Below, piece after piece: positions 33,560 to 35,651 of a stretch of DNA of 35,651 nucleotides; the first letter of the stretch is position 1, and each line of letters opens with the position of its first letter. A program made the translations under genes and the position numbers. Origin of the DNA: Candidatus Woesearchaeota archaeon (GTDB lineage: Archaea > Nanobdellota > Nanobdellia > Woesearchaeales > SKGA01); assembly GCA_016926395.1 (NCBI GenBank), contig JAFGOT010000027.1, positions 1-35,651 of the forward strand, in the 5' to 3' direction. A model generated the notes under the pieces. It did not search any database and was not told the DNA's origin. It worked only from the letters and a program-made list of their open reading frames with translations.

Positions 33560-33577
33560 AAGAATCTAAAGATTCTT
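33560..33577 (-). terminator. Hairpin overlapping the rrp42 stop codon, followed by a second hairpin and a T-rich tract
   Basis: AAGAATC-TTTA-GATTCTT includes the TAG. Then aactg-caaa-cagtt and TTTATTTTTTATTTTTT on the coding strand. Confidence 0.45.
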
Positions 33578-34345
33578 TCTTAATTCGTTGCTTGTTTTTG
33601 ATGCAATATCAAAAGCATCTCCCAATTGTTCGATTGAGAAACTTTCTGATCCTCCTTTTTGTAGGGAGCATATTCTTTTGTCATCAAGACAAGTTACAGT
33701 AATCCTAGCTTCGATTGCATCTTCTTCAACTTTTGTAGGATCTACAAATAATTGATTTCCAATTTTACAAACAGTAACTGGGATTGGAGTTTCATTAATT
33801 TCCAATTTTTTATCTGTTAACTCTTTGTAGTTGACTTTTCCGTCTTCAATCACAGGGAATCTTGTTGCTTTGATTGCCGCCATTGCAGCTAAGCCGCCAA
33901 CATCAATTAGATTTCCGTCATGATTTAAAGGAACAACATCAACACTAACAATCCAAACTTTTTCTCCTGGTTCAACGCATAGTTGTTTAGCATCAATACA
34001 GTGTCCTTCTCGGATACCTCTATCAATTACTCTACCAATTTCGATTGCGTCAATACTTGGAGGTCCACTTTCTAGGCTTGGATGTGCCATTGGAATTAAT
34101 TCACAACCTACCATTAAAACTCCTTCATCAGGACTGTCTGGGTATGGTGTACCAAGAGATAGTTTTACTCCTGCGATAACTTCACAGTCACCAACTTTAA
34201 CTCGAGCACTTCCTTCACCAGTTACAGCGATATCTGTTTCAATTTCGATTTTTCTAAATTCTTCTTTTTTTCGTCCATCATATCTGATGTCTGCTTCTAA
34301 AGCTTTAACGATATGTTCTTTACTATTAGGTGCATTTCTACTCAT
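33566..34345 (-). CDS. rrp42: Exosome subunit Rrp42
   Basis: RNase PH fold: RYDGRKKEEFR, GSARVK, ELIPMAHP, RVIDRGIR, DGNLID and QKGG. Confidence 0.95.
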   Translation of the reverse strand: MSRNAPNSKEHIVKALEADIRYDGRKKEEFRKIEIETDIAVTGEGSARVKVGDCEVIAGVKLSLGTPYPDSPDEGVLMVGCELIPMAHPSLESGPPSIDAIEIGRVIDRGIREGHCIDAKQLCVEPGEKVWIVSVDVVPLNHDGNLIDVGGLAAMAAIKATRFPVIEDGKVNYKELTDKKLEINETPIPVTVCKIGNQLFVDPTKVEEDAIEARITVTCLDDKRICSLQKGGSESFSIEQLGDAFDIASKTSNELRKNL

Positions 34346-35066
34346 TGTCTTGCGCCTCCCCTTCTTTACCGTACTTTTCTTTTAGTGCATCTCGTTGGAT
34401 TTTTGCGATATCTTTTCCTGCAATTCTTGCAAGTTCAAGTGCGCTTTTCAAATCTTCTTTATTGATTACACCGTCCATTTGTAAAAGTACAATTTCATCT
34501 GTGCTTGGAATTATTGCTACTGGAATATCAACTGCTCCTTCACCTTCGTGATGTGCTTCTTCAGTATAATCCAAATCAACTAAATTACTTCCATCTACTC
34601 GACCAACTGCAACTGCAGCTACCATATCTCTCATGATGATTCCTGCGTCTGCTAATGCAATACTTGCAGCGCTTATACCTGCTGCTCGACTTCCTGCATC
34701 TGTTTGAGGTAAGTCAATAAATACATCAACTACTGCGTTTGGAAATTTATCGAGGTCAACTACTGCGCTAAGTGCTTTTTCGGAAACCATGCTAATTTCT
34801 TTTGCACGTCTGTTTGGTCCAGGTCGAACTCTTTCACCTTGTCCTGAGAAAGGCATCATGTTATATGTTACTCTTAAAATCCCTTTTGTTGGATCTTGCT
34901 GGAATCGAGGATATAATTCTCTTGGTCCATAAACAGTTGCATATGCCCAAGTTTTTCCAATTTTAAAATACGCACTACCATCTGCGTTTTTTATAACGCC
35001 TGCTTTTGCCTCTATTGGTCTACATTCAGTAAAGGATCTTCCGTCATGTCTTTTTGTATATGCCAT
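34338..35066 (-). CDS. rrp41: Exosome subunit Rrp41
   Basis: RHDGR, ADGSAY, VYGPRE, RRAKEIS and DAGSR. Start is ATG 35066 (MAYTKRHDGR) with SD GAGG; the ORF-track start at 35150 overlaps rrp4. Confidence 0.95.
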   Translation of the reverse strand: MAYTKRHDGRSFTECRPIEAKAGVIKNADGSAYFKIGKTWAYATVYGPRELYPRFQQDPTKGILRVTYNMMPFSGQGERVRPGPNRRAKEISMVSEKALSAVVDLDKFPNAVVDVFIDLPQTDAGSRAAGISAASIALADAGIIMRDMVAAVAVGRVDGSNLVDLDYTEEAHHEGEGAVDIPVAIIPSTDEIVLLQMDGVINKEDLKSALELARIAGKDIAKIQRDALKEKYGKEGEAQDNE

Positions 35067-35070
35067 TTTC

Positions 35071-35651
35071 TTATTCCTCACTGTTGTTGTTTTCTTCGTC
35101 TGCGTTTTGTTCATTGTTGAACTCTTCATTTGCAGGTTCGTTTTCTTCATTTCCTCTAACTGATAGTTCTTTTCCAGTTTTTTCTTCTAGAAATACTTTT
35201 ATTCGATCAGTTAATCCAGAAATATGAGATTCTTCTTCGATTTTTTCAATAGTTTCAACTGCTAAATTTTCCATTGCAGGTTCGCCATTAATCCAAACAA
35301 GTCCATTTTGTCCAACTGTAATTTTACAATCGGTTGCTTGTTTGATCATTGAAACCATACTTCCTTTTTTACCAATTATTCGAGGTACTTTGTTTGTGTT
35401 AACTTTTATTATTCTTCCCCCTCGAAGTTTGTAAAGACCTTGTCCTTTAACACTAACATCAACTAAGTTCTGGCTTGTTACATTTGTTATTTTACCAACA
35501 AAGTAATCGCCGATATTATAGTATCGTGTTAAGTCTGCTCCTTTTGGTACGAAGTCAAATGTTCCGTCTTTAATTGGAATTAAACCAGTGTATGGGCAGT
35601 TAAATTCTACTCTCCATCCCATGCTGATTACATCAATTACTTTTCCAATAA
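35071..35651 (-). CDS. rrp4: Exosome RNA-binding subunit Rrp4, 5'-truncated by window edge
   Basis: S1 and KH motifs (KVPRIIGKKGSM, GQNGLVW), acidic tail. The frame stays open beyond 35622 (IGKVIDVIS). Confidence 0.93.
   Translation of the reverse strand, partial: IGKVIDVISMGWRVEFNCPYTGLIPIKDGTFDFVPKGADLTRYYNIGDYFVGKITNVTSQNLVDVSVKGQGLYKLRGGRIIKVNTNKVPRIIGKKGSMVSMIKQATDCKITVGQNGLVWINGEPAMENLAVETIEKIEEESHISGLTDRIKVFLEEKTGKELSVRGNEENEPANEEFNNEQNADEENNNSEE

Overview
AT-rich archaeal chromosomal segment, most consistent with a DPANN lineage such as Woesearchaeota/Nanoarchaeota. This is inferred from the gene repertoire, the TTTATAAA-type TATA boxes, and the short Nop5. Core genes include aIF5A, eL40, Nop5-fibrillarin, TrpRS, exosome Rrp4/41/42, eL43-RpoP-Pcc1-prefoldin beta, tRNA-Pro(UGG) and e-MtaB. 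There are also sugar-phosphate enzymes (glycogen debranching enzyme, PMM/PGM, PGI/PMI), a CopZ/HMA-DsbD2-cupredoxin/CopA copper cluster, AsnB, MscS, a HerA-type ATPase and a stand-alone MprF C-terminal (DUF2156) protein. The most unusual feature is a ~10.7 kb block (about 3870-14630) of three large secreted or surface proteins. It is bracketed on both sides by diverged 'echo' copies of the 3' ends of the flanking core genes (fibrillarin, trpS), each placed right after a small hairpin. Shorter versions of the same tail-hairpin-tail architecture occur after two other genes. Other candidates are a catalytically degenerate free-standing LAGLIDADG-like protein, an RHH/pseudo-nucleotidyltransferase fusion with phased repeats over its own promoter, a Bacteroidetes-style secreted protein with a T9SS-CTD-like segment near its N-terminus, and an aberrant TrpRS KMSKS loop. 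No integrase, transposase, cas gene or CRISPR array was seen. All family calls are from motif recognition by eye; no database searches were run.
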